Shown here: positions 1-13,622 of the stretch, in pieces
Layout: each line of letters starts with the position of its first letter
Position numbering within the stretch: the first letter of the stretch is position 1
NCBI RefSeq assembly: GCF_006345805.1
Contig: NC_043005.1
Location: 73,780,001 to 73,844,000, forward strand
DNA: 64,000 bases
Source of the DNA: Octopus sinensis
Taxonomy: Eukaryota
Direction of reading: 5' to 3'
Translations under genes and position numbers: made by a program
The notes under the pieces: generated by a model
What the model was told of the DNA's origin: nothing
The model's database searches: none
Seen by the model: the letters and a program-made list of their open reading frames with translations, nothing else

Positions 1-121
1 CAGAGTGGCGGCATTTATCTGATAAAAGGAAAGCTTTTAAAAGGACTTTTAAAAGGAAAGCTGTGGTAATGGCGAAAATAGAAGCAATGCAAGCAGCTCT
101 GTAGTGGTTGACGCAGCCACT

Positions 122-183
<62 letters not shown>
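122..183. repeat. (TAG)n microsatellite
   Basis: Direct reading; explains the poly-T/V/L runs in ORFs 15-483. Confidence 0.98.
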
Positions 184-184
<1 letters not shown>

Positions 185-1654
185 ATGTTCTTGTCTGCCA
201 GTTTGATTCCGTATAATGTGTCAATTGCCCGGCTATCCCATAGACACAAGAAACAACAGTATTTTGTGAAACCTGATTGTATTCCCATTAACATTCCGAT
301 GACTTTTAAATCAGCACATATTTTCCATGAGTATCTTTCAAAACCACTGGCATGAAGTAAAAGATCCATATTCTCATGTGATTCCCGAAGATGAATGGAA
401 TGTGCAGTAGGAATGGAGGGCTTCAAATTGCCATTATGGAGAAATACAGCTCGTAAACTTTGTTTTGAAGAGTCAATAAACAAACGCCACTCTGCAGGAT
501 CATGATTTTATGATAAACATTCGAAAAGTCCATTGATGTTACTGCAAAAGCAAAGCGGACCTTCAACAGAAAAACACGTTTGTAGAACCACATTTCTCTG
601 CCGAAAATAAGTAATACGAACACTGTGCTCTAGCAGATACTTCTCCTTCAGACTTGATGCCAACACTTCTGCTTTATCTTTTGAGAGGGATATGTCTCTG
701 ACAAGGTCATTCAGTTCAGTTTGAGGAAATTTCTGAGGTTCAAAGCAATCGTCATCAGCCACGTAATCTTCCTCAGCAGCATTATCGTGACAGTCAGCAT
801 CATCATCTGATGTTTCAATTCATTCCATCATCTGGTGGAACTGGAATTGGCAGACTTTTATTGTGAGGCACACGTCTCATTGTAGAATCCAAATTGGGAT
901 ATACAATTTTGTGTTTATTCCTCATAGAAAATCCTGTGACATTTACTTCGCAAAAATAAGTCATTAAAATGGTCTTTCAGCACCCTCCATATCACTGGAA
1001 TGGCAAAAGACATGAACTTCTTCTTATTGAACCAGTTATGTAAGCCATTTGAGCAAGCTGAGCAGATAAAATATGGTGCCCATAACTTGTCCTGATCTGT
1101 AAGAGGACAGTCAAAGTATAGCTTATAATTTTTCTTGATCTCTGGTGTTATTGTACGTTTTTGAGCTTTCACAATAAATTGTCTACAGATATAATAAAAC
1201 ACATCAGGACGATTTCTACACTGTCTTGACATTGTTAATACTATAAAACAAGTCAGGAAATAGATACAAGCGGTTATACTTATATTGAATTTGAGATGAT
1301 AAAATATTTCATCGGACCAGTTATTACTGGACAATTTGAAATGTTGAAATACTTATTTCATCAGACAAAACTTGATTGGTTAATTTAAGATGATGAAATA
1401 TTTCACCTAAACTATGCAGCAATGAATAATCTAGTTTATTTTAAAGGTATGTTTACATGATGTAAATGAAAAACATGCATATACGTCATTAATTGGAATT
1501 TCTATATAATGCATGAGCTAAAACCAAAAAAGCTTTTTCAACTCGAAAACTGTACGTGATGTCAAAAAACTAACTGCATATTTGAAATCAGCATTAAAAA
1601 CTACACTAAGTACACCTTGACATATGCTTGATGAAAAATATTTGTTGACCAGTA
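185..1654 (-). mobile_element. Degenerate DNA transposon with frameshifted transposase-like ORF (widespread invertebrate family; superfamily not confidently assigned)
   Basis: Minus-strand fragments: Cys-rich N-terminus MSRQCRNRPDVFYYIC..DQDKLWAPYFICSAC (ATG 1232), 508-762, and FIDSSKQSLRAVFLHNGN..CADLKVIGMLMGIQSGFTKYCCFLCLWDSRA. A terminus-like TACTGGTCAACAAA ends at ~1654 next to TA. The coding sequence breaks at the (TAG)n at 122-183. Confidence 0.75.
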
Positions 1655-3631
1655 TAATCATATTATTAAGTTGTTAAAAGCTCATAAATTATAATTGCTT
1701 TCAGCAATGGTTCCTATTGTCAACATAATTATGAAACAAAATGATGAACCAAAATGTGATCTTTTAGTTCGTTACTAGAACTGCGAAAAATAGCATCCAA
1801 ATCCCTCCATATCATACAGTGCTATCTTAAAACACTGGGTGGATTATATAAATGACGAAAGAGAATATGACTTTAGGCTCTTCAGCTTTTAAGGTTTCTT
1901 GGAAGTGGGGTTCTTCATCTATATAAGAGAGTTTACACTGTATTCGCCGACTAACTTCTCTTAGATAATATGTATATCCAAATCAACAGTTTGTATTAGT
2001 TGGCTATCAACAGATATCAAAATCAACAGTTTGGAGGGTACTACATTAAAGAAAAATTAATTCTTTTATGTGAAGCATAGTTAATCGAACTGTATTACAT
2101 GTATCTTTATAATCAATAAAATTGGATACAAATAAAATAATCAAAATTTATAATTAAGCATATCTTTTTAAAAAGTCATATGAAATCATTTTAATAGCTT
2201 AATTATTAGGAATTCCTTTTTGTGTCGGTTGTTTCATATTCTTGATTTGATTATATCGAACACTAGTAGTCAAAGTGGGACTTTTCCTAGCTCTCCTTTC
2301 TTAACTTTTTTTCTCCGTTCTCTCTCCCTTTTCCTACACTTTTCTCAGTATATCTGACGAAGGTCTATGTCCGAAACATTATGATTTTACTCTGTAACTT
2401 TCATTTATAACCTTTTCTCCTTCTTTGAGCGTCAACTAATTAATAATTATTTCCTGTATAGGCAACAGGCTTAGAAATTTGGAGGAGGGATTAAGTCGAT
2501 TAAATCGACCTCAGTGCTCAACTGGAACTTATTTTAGCGGCTCCGAAAAGATGAAAAGCAAAGTCTGCAACCTAATAATATTAACTGTGAACATGTTTTG
2601 GACTTATGTTACTTATTCGACTTTGTTTTTGTTATTTATTTGCTCTTTGCTTATATTGACTCAGTTTTCTTTTAAGCAATTCAGTTTCACTTTGTACTTG
2701 AATAAAGTCAAGTATGAATAACAACGACATATTCGATACCATGGAAACAGACCGTACAATTTATGAAAGCGCTATTAAACCAACATTATTAATCGGAGTT
2801 CCTTTCCCGATAATTTACTTTATGAAACAGTAAGGTCTTATACACAAAGAAGTTCAGCGCTATGAACATATTGTAACTATGAAATGAATAAACTATCTGC
2901 ATTAAAAGGTAAATTTGCATGAAAACACCATGTGAAGAACTGCGATAAAGACAAGCTATATACTTACAATTCTTATTAAAGACTCTTTAGTAGCTCTGCC
3001 AAAAATTTCATTGCAAAAGTCGAAGCCATTTATATCAGGAGTTTAGAAACAAATTCTAAGCAAACTGCAAATTTTCTGACAAGAATAGTGAATATATTAT
3101 TTTCCTGTGAAGTATGTGCGAATTTCTTTTATAGATAATCCAATAAAGAATTGGTGTGTTTGTCCAAATCGAAGAAACTAGCACATACAAGCAAAATGAA
3201 GAAAGATACTGGTGCAGAATCAAACCACGTATTAAAGAAATGCACAGAATCTCAAGAGACATTTTTATATTCCTATATCCAGGAGTATATCTGACATGAA
3301 AGACGTTCATTTAAAACCTTCTATGATTTACCTAGTGCCATTTTAGATCAATATAGGTTTATCTAAAATATTATCGATGATTTTTTTCAAGGACACTATA
3401 AATGACATCTCAGTGGGTGTATGCTTAAGTTTTAAAAAAAAGGGCAAAAGAAAAGTAGTTTAATATTATGTTTGTAACTAAAGTTAATCACCTTTATTTG
3501 CGATTCTTCGTATTCATCATTGTTGTAAGATCCCTTGATAAAAGATATAGTCCTTGAAATTGTTACTGGAGCGCATTTGATCATAGATTTAGACGAGCAG
3601 GGTTGATCACAAGCAAATCAACAACAACGAG

Positions 3632-3663
<32 letters not shown>

Positions 3664-5714
3664 TCGGTTTCTATGCTTGTTTAGGTTGGATCAGTAATTG
3701 TCAACTTTTTCAATATCCGGGCCAGATCCAAAACCTGGATTTCCTTTTAGGGGGCAGCACTCCAAAAAAAAAAACTAAAATGCAAGACAGTTAAAAGATT
3801 CAATGTTAATACCATTCGAATGTGCTAAAAGCACGTTCGGACTTGTAAACAAGTACGGTTTCTGTGGCTGAAGAGGAAATAACTACACCAAAATGCTTGC
3901 ATCTCACAGTATGGATAGGTGGCGCTACGAGCTTGATTTTGGTGTATTTACACCATATGTCTATAGCTAGAAATTTTCTCCATGAAAAAAAACACAGTCA
4001 ATGGGGCTTCGAATTGGTATTAACATTGCATTTTCACTTACTGTTTAGCGCACTCACCCCGTAAATTAAAACAATATATATATCTATTGAGAGAAGACCA
4101 TCGAGGGCCTTAGGAAGGATGCTTCAAGGCTGCGCAAGGCCCTGAGAGCTGCAGCTGAGAACTGCTGGGTTGGACAGTTTGACAGTATCCGACGCTTCTG
4201 ACTGCACCATGTCCTAGTATCTACATTGGGAGGGTTTCTACAGCCGTGTGCTCTTCCTAACGCCAACCACTTTACAGGGAGTACGAAGTAATGTTTCTTT
4301 TTACATGGCACCAGCAGTAATAAATATTACATCGTAACTTGCATGACTAAGGGTTAAAAGTTGCCCATATAACTGAGAAAGAGAGAGAGAGAAAACGAGG
4401 GAGAGAGAGATGGAAGGGGAGAGAGATGGTGGGAGAGAGAGATAAAGTGAGAGAGAGAGAGAAAATGAGAGAGAGAGAGAGAGATGGAAGAAGAGAGAGT
4501 AGGTGTTGATTCTAACAAGAAGGATAAGGGAATATGGGGAACTGAGGACAAGGAAGAAAGTGAATCATTATCATTAAAAGAGACCATCAATAAAAACAAC
4601 GAAAATAATGCAATTCTATTTCTCAGTATAACTCTCGAACCAACAGCGAAGATGCTATACGCTCGCTTGACTTAGAGAAACAGAAATGAATGCTCTGCGA
4701 CGAAGAAACACATCTTCCCGTGTCCTTCCTTTTTCAAAAAATCAACGGGGTATAATTTGAAAAAGACTTGGTTGCTACTTCAAGCAAAAAGGATAATAGA
4801 ATTCATTGAGATTTGGTTACTATTTCTGGAGTCCTTCTTTACTGGTTGCTTATCAAATGATTGAAAGCCGGTGGTAAAATTTTGACGTCTTTGTCATTGA
4901 AATTTTGTTGGGTTTTTTTCTTTCTTTTTTTTTTTTATTTTACAGTCTTAGAACGATAGACAAATCTTGGTTGTTTTCTTCTGACAGCAACAACAGAATT
5001 AGACATCTCAAAAGTATATAAAATAGAAAATAATTTCCTTCTTTCTTTTCTTTCTATTTTATTATATTATTGATAAAGAAAACTGTCGTGGGACCAAACG
5101 ATGACAATATTAACTGAGACTAATGCTGTTAATCTCATAGTTTAATGAAATTGTACCAGTCTTTGTCTTACTTAAGGGAGATAAATCACCTTAGGGACGA
5201 GGGTTAGTTTCAAGTGGAAATAATTCAGAAATAAGTTAACTGACCCAGTAAGGCGGCAGGATTTGTTTCGTTGTCGTACCTCTGGAAATAGTCAGCAGTG
5301 GTCGTCGGAGAACTTCTATGAATTCACCAGCCTCAATTTCTGGCCTCCTAATCCCCACGATTTTAAATAGATTACTATGTGTGGATCAGGGTTGTGAAAG
5401 ATACCAACAGCTCTGCCTGCAACACCAAGGCCGAGTTGATGCCCCAAGATGAAAGAGGTGGTAGAAGATCCTCCCGAGACACAATAAGGAGGCCGTGGTG
5501 GAAGCTGAGGACGGTCGCTTTGAGTAAACTGTTATCTCCCAGCCATAATCTAGTTGATATTATTTTGACACCTTAAAATATTTTCATTTTTAGATGGGAT
5601 ATTGTGCTTTATTTTCCTTTTATGCAAACTGTCAAATGCAGCAGGAACACGCAAAGCCTCATACGTATTCTACCGCTAAGTTACGGGGACGTAAGCACAG
5701 CTTACCAACTGATT

Positions 5715-5801
5715 AGAAGAAGAAGAAGAAGAAGAAGAAGAAGAAGAAGAAGAAGAAGAAGAAGAAGAAGAAGAAGAAGAAGAAGAAGAAGAAGAAGAAG
5801 A
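5715..5801. repeat. (GAA)n microsatellite inside a SINE copy
   Basis: Direct reading; embedded in a minus-strand family-B SINE (~5660-6000). Confidence 0.97.
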
Positions 5802-8236
5802 CACTAGCTGTCAAGCGATGATGATGGACAAACACACACAGACACACATGTATATACGGTTTCTTTCAGTTTCCGTCAACCAAATCCACTCCCAAGGTTT
5901 TGGTCGACCCGAGTCTATAGTAGAAGACATTCGCCCAAGGTGCTACACAGAAGGGCCATGTGGATAGGAAGTAAACTTCTTACCACACACGCCTGCCACT
6001 ATATCCAGACATTCATTACCCTTACTATGCGAATTCATTTTCCTTCGGGTGTTTTTTTTTTGCCATCTCTGAATCAAAAGAGATTTGTAGCCTCCCTCCT
6101 TAAAATAATATATATGATGATTTTGAATGCCCAATTACTTCTTTTGAATATCTATAAATATGAGCCTCAGATACCCGAATTGATAAGGAGTTGGACTGCC
6201 AACAAATGGCTCGTATCTTGTCTATTACATTGACGCTTCATATCCTCTCACTGGTACTTTGTCTTCAGATAAATTGTCTTCAGATAAAATAACTCGATCC
6301 TCATTTGTCGATTGACATCATATTGGCATTGAAATTGATGATTGCCTTATCAATAAGGTACAAAATAATCAAGACTCACTTCACCTCAGTTGGCTTGTCC
6401 AAGTTTTCAAGACATTATGAAATAATTTTCTGTAAGTCTGATACTATTAGGTAATTGACGGGCAACAAGGAATCCCATTTTAATACGGGGAACCAGTCGC
6501 GAAAGTCACTATGCCCCCTTGAATAGCAATAGCTTCGCTTGAATAACCCTTGTCTGAAGAAGAACGGCGGTATAAAACTAAGCTATACTGATCTTCTGAA
6601 GCGTCTATTATCTGCTATGAAATGAATAAATAAATAAATTTTGTGTTTTGATTTTTAAGAGTGAGTGGGAGTCTGAATGTGATACTTTTGAGACTATGAT
6701 TTTGTGACACCATCATTATTACAGTGAAAGTAATTATCATATTTCAATATGGAAAACTTCTAAACAGTCCTGGTTTGTATGTCGATATCGGTGAAAATTC
6801 TCGTCAGTAATGCTGAGCAGTAGAGTGGATTGGTCGGTAATGAGGAAGGTTGTCAAAGTAAGGTAATATATTACTTGCTGAAAATGTAAAATGGACAGAT
6901 GTCTATTGGGGCGAACATTTCTAAGTGTTGATAAATTACAAATGATCGGTAAATGTTCTCGTAATAGCCATAATATTGCTCGATGTGGGAACGTCTTTGA
7001 TTTATCCGCGACAGTGTGTTACTGATATCGATTTCTTTTAAGTAAACGCTAAACCAGCTTTGAAAGAACCATAACCAAATAAATTACAACTTATTTCGTA
7101 AACTCCATTAAATGTACAAGAAAGAAATATTCCACAGCAAGACGTTTGTCAGGCATTCTAATGTTTCTTCTACATTTATCAAGTGCTGTTGTTGTTATTG
7201 ATGCTGTTTAACCCTAAGTCAACCCTGATCAACTACACATGAGATCAAAAATAATCTACAAAAGACCATTCTAGTATATTGAATATGACATTATCAGGTA
7301 TATCTGTCCTTATTTAAGACAATATAATGTAATTTAGAAGAAAATTTGCTGTTATTTCTAGCAGGTCGAACCACTATATACAGGCTCCTTTGATAATTCG
7401 TTTAACCTCGAAGAACATTTACAAAGAAATTGGAATGTCGGTAGAGCGCCGAATTAAAAGCTTCTTAGAATCTAGGTTTACTTATTTGCATTCTGAATTC
7501 GAACTCAATCGAAGGTGACTTCATGTTTTTTATCTCTCAATGATTAATAAAACAAGTACCAGATATAAAAATTAATAAAAAAACAAGACTTCTCAAAATC
7601 CTCCATTCCGTCCTGACCTAAACAACTGTTAATTTAATAGGTTAGCCTATTTCACGGCCGGTGAATAGGCCATCGTTACGTTCAGGCACTAAACTCTCGA
7701 CTTCATTCTGTGTTCTGGTGGGTTTTAGAAGAAATTTGTTGTATATTCCATATGTAACTGTTTTTATATAACAAAACATCCACTTCCTTTTTAATGTAAT
7801 ATTTAAGGTTGCAAGTTGACAGAATTGTTAGCACGTCGGACTAAAATGCTTAGCGGTATTTCATCTGTCTTTATGTTCTGAGTTCAAATTTCGCCGAGGT
7901 GGACTTTGTCTTTCATCCTTTCAGAGTCGATAAAATAGATGTCCTCGTACCTACAGTAGAAAGGATTTACAGCATTATTGTATGTGTACTCTTTGCCTAT
8001 ACCCAATAGATATAAGGCTATTTTCAATTAACTTCGTGCGCCGAACACACAAACCACTTGGTTGCATGCCTTCACACAACGGACTGTTCCTGACAGATTC
8101 AAGACTTCAACCTCTTCACCAGTTATTTACTATCGCAACGATTCAGTCATCTACAAATTTCATTTTTGTCTCCTTTGTACAAAGCCAACTAAATTAGAGT
8201 ATCCGCACATCCGAATTAATTTCAATTAAAGTAATA

Positions 8237-8802
8237 TTGGGTTGTCCGGAAAGTTCGTGCCGATTAATAGTAGCTTACCTTTCGACTTATTTTAGAACAT
8301 GGTTGAGTCCATAAAATAGGATTTGACTACACCTCCATTTGGAGCACAGTTTAAGCTATTTTTTCGTGGAAGAAGGTTTATGTTCCTGTAACCTGTGTTA
8401 ATTTTGTAACCCTTTAAAATGGAAGATAAGAAAGTTCATCTTTGGCACTTGATGCTTTGGAAATCAGACAAAAATTCCTGCAGCTCGGCTGGGATGTGTT
8501 ACCCCACCCTCCATATTCACCAGATATTGCTCCTTCGGATTTCCACTTATTCAGGTCTCTGCAGAATAGTCTTAATGGTAAAAATTTCAATTCCTTGGAT
8601 GACGTAAAAAGATACCTTGATGAATTTTTTGCCATGAAACCAGCTCAATTCTGGAAAGAGGGTATTTTCAAGTTAAAGGAAAGATGGAGACGCATTTTGT
8701 AACAAAATGGTTCATATTTGGTTGATTAAAAATGTAATGGCAAGTATTTATTGACCTTTTCCTTTCCTTTAAAAATCGGCACGAACTTTCCGGACAACCC
8801 AA
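8237..8802 (+). mobile_element. Internally deleted mariner (DD34D-type) element, 566 bp
   Basis: Perfect 29-bp TIRs (8237-8265 / 8774-8802, TTGGGTTGTCCGGAAAGTTCGTGCCGATT) flanked by TA (8235-36, 8803-04). N-terminal MEDKKVHLWHL is joined to C-terminal LPHPPYSPDIAPSDFHLFRSLQNSL. Confidence 0.95.
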
Positions 8803-9759
8803 TACTTAAAACAATAATAAATAATAACATAGAGTTCTGTAGAGGTTTATCTCTTTCTCTAAGGCATAAAATTGAAACAAGGCTATGAGGTTTTTAAATA
8901 ATCAAATTATTATGCTTCGTTGTAGAACTATAAACTTTAATTTTCAAATTATTGTGTCACAGTTCCTATTCATGGGGAGCTTAATTTTCGCAGAACTACC
9001 AAATAAAAATACTTCCAAATGAAACTGAAGTGTTGACCCGGTTTATCAAAAACTCGTCACTTCACCACAATGCACTTCATATATCATTCATTTCTGCTTA
9101 AGTTTAACATTCAATTAACATTTAGTGTTTTATTTTTAGAGCCTAGGAAGGTGGCAAGCTGGTGGAATCATTAGCGCAACGGACAAAAATACACAGCAGC
9201 ATTTTTTTCTCGCTCTTTCAGTTCTAAATTCAGATCATGTCGATATCGTCGACAAAATAAAGAATCACAGCCCATTGAGTACTGAGGTCAATGTGATCGA
9301 CTAATACCCTTACGAAAACAAAAAAATTGCTGCCCTTGTGCCAAAATGTGAAACCAGTCTTAGATACTCGGAATTTTTGAATTTTTAAACAGGTTTAGAA
9401 AAATGAAATTCTGGTTCGAATCTCGCCTAGTCCTATCTACACTATTTTGTTTTCAGATCTCTCTTTTGATTTTTTTTTCTTACTTGCAGTGTTTGAAGGA
9501 AGGAGAAGTGCTAAAGGCTTTTGCAGGACCGTATATAACACCGAGACTTGGTTTCAAGTTTTGGCACAAGACCAGCAGTTTCAGGGGAAGGAGTAAGTCT
9601 ATTACATGGACCCCAGTGTTCAGCTGGTACTTATTTTATCGACTGCGAAAGGATGAAGGGTAAAGTTGGTCTCGGTGGCATTCGAAAACAGAACGTAAAG
9701 ACAGACGAAATGCCGCTAAGCATTTTTGCCTGGCGTGCCAGCTCGCTGCATTTCTGGAG

Positions 9760-10000
9760 CCATGGATATTTCACTTGAAACTTTGTAAATCGGTACCTGT
9801 GGGAAAGACATGGGGCAGAGAAATAATTTAATAAGGACGATGTTCCGAGAAGGAAGGACTGGGGGCGGGTTGTACAGGAAGGGTGATGACAGAAGGAAAG
9901 ACAAGCAGAAGAGGAATGCATGAAGGGAAGTGACATAGTCCCAATCAGATCTGAGCAGCAGAGCCCATTATAAGACCGATAGAACAGGCAGAATGTGAAG
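9760..10000 (-). mobile_element. 3' fragment of a CR1/L2-like LINE (degenerate)
   Basis: CVPFTFCLFYRSYNGLCCSDL motif; homologous to 12450-12860. Confidence 0.6.
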
Positions 10001-10547
10001 GGAACACACACACACATAAATAATTGCATAAGTGCAATTATTTATCGTTTGCTCGCTTTAAAAAAAAATGATATTTGTTTATAAGGGTTAATTTAGTCTA
10101 AACTCTAGACTCACAAGAAACACGGACGCAAGCTGCTCGAGAAAAGATGTGCAGATGTAGAGCACGGATCAGATAGGAACGGCGAGAAGATATAATAAAA
10201 AGAGGAAAAAGACAACACCGACGGAGACGTGGGGATATGAATGTAGACGAACGTCAGGAATATTTAAAGTAAGTATGCTATAGAAATACAAATCATCCTT
10301 TCTTTCTTAAATAGGGTTTCTTAATTTTTTCCATTCTGTGGAATTTACTCGGGACCTACTAAGACATTTATTGTTCTTGTCTAAGAATAATAATTTCGTA
10401 CTCCACAAAAGTATAGAGCAACCTTACAGATTAATGTAAAATTGTTTTTATTATAACTATACATAAAAACAAATAATATATATATTAGTGTAATATGTGT
10501 GTGTGCGCACGTGCGTGTGTGTGTGTGTGTATGTATATATTTATATA

Positions 10548-10610
<63 letters not shown>

Positions 10611-10613
<3 letters not shown>

Positions 10614-12409
10614 CAACAATTGAGGGCAAAATTAATTAATTATTAATCAATTTCACCAAGTGTTCAGTATGCAAAGGGACCATTCAAGGCGAATTCAAAA
10701 TATTACATTATATAAAAGGGCTTAGTAAAATAAATTACTTTGCCGCATACTGAACTCATTAGAAATAGCAGCTAAAAAACTTTTTTAAAGCTATTTCTAA
10801 TACTTAAAGAAAATCTCTCTCATATATAGTGTTTGCTTAATTCAACTCACAAAAGTTTGGGGGTAAGGACATCGAAAAATCAAATGCTAAGGTTATTTGA
10901 GAACGTACGTTTCAAGATTAGTCAAAACAACACTTCTATCATCAGCTCAGAAATTCCTTGGTTTGGATTTGGAAACACTGAAAATAAGAACATACCCTTT
11001 CGAAGATCTGCTCGTAACTAACAGTGCCAACAAATTCAAATAAGCAAGCGAAGAATCTCTGTTCTCCCCTTTCCACCAGCGTGGGTTAAAATCATCAAAC
11101 ACTATGCTTATTTCGGTAAAATCCGAAGCATTAATCAGAGGGAGATTAATTATAATTTCAACAATTGAGGGCAAAATTAATTAATTATTAATCAATTTCA
11201 CCAAGTGTTCAGTATGCAAAGGGACCATTCAAGGCGAATTCAAAATATTACATTATATAAAAGGGCTTAGTAAAATAAATTACTTTGCCGCATACTGAAC
11301 TCATTAGAAATAGCAGCTAAAAAACTTTTTTAAAGCTATTTCTAATACTTAAAGAAAATCTCTCTCATATATAGTGTTTGCTTAATTCAACTCACAAAAG
11401 TTTGGGGGTAAGGACATCGAAAAATCAAATGCTAAGGTTATTTGAGAACGTACGTTTCAAGATTAGTCAAAACAACACTTCTATCATCAGCTCAGAAATT
11501 CCTTGGTTTGGATTTGGAAACACTGAAAATAAGAACATACCCTTTCGAAGATCTGCTCGTAACTAACAGTGCCAACAAATTCAAATAAGCAAGCGAAGAA
11601 TCTCTGTTCTCCTCTTTCCACCAGCGTGGGTTAAAATCATCAAACACTATGCTTATTTCGAACGTACGTTCTCAAATAACCTTAGCATTTGATTTTTCGA
11701 TGTCCTTACCCCCAAACTTTTGTGAGTTGAATTAAGCAAACACTATATATGAGAGAGATTTTCTTTAAGTATTAGAAATAGCTTTAAAAAAGTTTTTTAG
11801 CTGCTATTTCTAATGAGTTCAGTATGCGGCAAAGTAATTTATTTTACTAAGCCCTTTTATATAATGTAATATTTTGAATTCGCCTTGAATGGTCCCTTTG
11901 CATACTGAACACTTGGTGAAATTGATTAATAATTAATTAATTTTGCCCTCAATTGTTGAAATTATAATTAATCTCCCTCTGATTAATGCTTCGGATTTTA
12001 CCGAAATAAGCATAGTGTTTGATGATTTTAACCCACGCTGGTGGAAAGGGGAGAACAGAGATTCTTCGCTTGCTTATTTGAATTTGTTGGCACTGTTAGT
12101 TACGAGCAGATCTTCGAAAGGGTATGTTCTTATTTTCAGTGTTTCCAAATCCAAACCAAGGAATTTCTGAGCTGATGATAGAAGTGTTGTTTTGACTAAT
12201 CTTGAAACGTACGTTCTCAAATAACCTTAGCATTTGATTTTTCGATGTCCTTACCCCCAAACTTTTGTGAGTTGAATTAAGCAAACACTATATATGAGAG
12301 AGATTTTCTTTAAGTATTAGAAATAGCTTAAAAAAGTTTTTTAGCTGCTATTTCTAATGAGTTCAGTATGCGGCAAAGTAATTTATTTTACTAAGCCCTT
12401 TTATATAAT
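10611..12409. mobile_element. 545-bp hammerhead-containing repeat: tandem copies 10611-11155 and 11156-11660, inverted copies 11661-11961 and 11962-12409, flanked by (TA)n
   Basis: Offset of 545 between identical ORFs (10833 vs 11378); inversion junction 11660/11661 at the palindrome AACGTACGTT; only isolated differences between copies. Confidence 0.93.
12158..12228 (+). ncRNA. Putative type I hammerhead ribozyme (also on minus strand at 10898-10949 and 11443-11494)
   Basis: CUGAUGA 12172-78; GAAAC 12204-08; palindromic stem III ACGUACGU; GUU cleavage triplet 12213-15; stem I GAG/CUC extended by AUUU/AAAU and AAGG/CCUU; stem II AGA/UCU + AGU/ACU. Confidence 0.72.
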
Positions 12410-12449
12410 ATATATATATATATTATATATATATATATATATATACATG

Positions 12450-12860
12450 CATACATACATATACCAGGGCACTGTTGTTCCCCTTGCCACCCACACTTCA
12501 AACAAACCAACTTCTGCTTCTTCCAGTCGTTTCAGCATGCCTTCACCGTTTAACTCAGACATTTTTATTCTCCATCTTTTATCTCACCACACCTATACTC
12601 TCTGACGAAGAGCGTAGACACGAATTATAAGGCCAATAGAACAGGCAGAAAGTGAAGGGAACACAGGCGTGGGTCAGAGATTGGAATGCATCTGTGAGTG
12701 ACTTTATGCCAATAATTTGAGAGGCCTTTTTCTTGATGTGATCTAGGATGTCTATGTGCAAGCTGAAGCTGGAGTTTAGGCGCGACTGTGAGTTTGACTT
12801 TATGCAGTTGCGTATTCTGTGGATGTTGCAATGATTCAAATGTACTTCACACGCACTTGC
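12450..12860 (-). mobile_element. 3' fragment of a CR1/L2-like LINE (degenerate)
   Basis: HIDILDHIKKKASQIIGIKSLTDAFQSLTHACVPFTFCLFY resembles the post-RT C-terminus of CR1/L2-type ORF2. Confidence 0.65.
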
Positions 12861-13201
12861 ATTTATGCAGTTGCAAAATAGAAAGAGAGAGATGGGAGAG
12901 AGGAATACATTTCTAGTAAAAAGGGAACGTGAAAACGCTATGTCCATGTCTTTCCTAGTGGCAATGATACATGTGTGTGAGTGTTTGTGTGTGTGTGTTT
13001 GTGAATGTGTGTGTGTGAGTGTGTGTGTGTGGGGGGGGAACATATTTCTATCAGAAATCGAAACTAAGTCACATATTCAATCTTTAACAACTTGTGTGTG
13101 TATGTTTGTGTGTATTTGTGTATGTATGTGTGTGAGTGTGTGTGTGTGTCTATGTGTGTGCGTGTGTGTGAGTGTGTATATGTGTATGTGTGTATGTGTG
13201 T

Positions 13202-13247
<46 letters not shown>

Positions 13248-13384
13248 AAACCTATTCCTATCAGAAATCGAAACTGAGCCAAATATTCAATCTTTAACAA
13301 TTTAATCCCGTTTCCTGCTGTCTGCTACGCAACCAGTTTCATATATTCTGTTCTGTACACAGGTGCTTTACTTTAAACACAATT

Positions 13385-13622
13385 AAGGCGGCGAGCTGGC
13401 AGAAACGTTAGCGCGCCGGACGAAATGCTTAGCGGTATTTCGTCTACCGTTAAGTTGTGAGTTCAAATTCCGCCGAAGTCAACTTTGCCTTTCATCCTTT
13501 CGGGATCCATAAATTAAGTACCAGTTACGCACTGGGGTCGATGTAATCGACTTAATCCCTTTGTCTATCCTTGTTTGTCCCCTCTATGTTTAGCTCCTTG
13601 TGGGCAGTAAAGAAATATATAC
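13385..13622 (+). mobile_element. tRNA-headed SINE family A, full copy
   Basis: Head AAGGCGGCGAGCTGGCAGAA (A-box-like), GAGTTCAAATTCC (B-box-like), tail GTGGGCAGTAAAGAAAT; TSD TTAAACACAATTAA at 13373-86 / 13623-36. Confidence 0.92.

Noticed and set aside
2354-2384. Hammerhead-like CUGACGA..GAAAC
   Set aside because: Mismatches in stems II and III and a weak stem I; probably a decayed copy.
10833-12284. Repeated 62-aa and 75-aa ORFs
   Set aside because: They recur only because the DNA unit is repeated; non-ATG starts and no recognisable domain.
10611-12409. CRISPR array or prokaryotic system
   Set aside because: No short repeat-spacer pattern or cas genes anywhere; the sequence is eukaryotic repeat DNA.
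12602-12625. CTGACGAAGAGCG core-like motif
   Set aside because: No GAAAC or closing stems downstream.
13385-13480. tRNA gene
   Set aside because: A/B boxes lie within multi-copy SINE heads; no intact cloverleaf.
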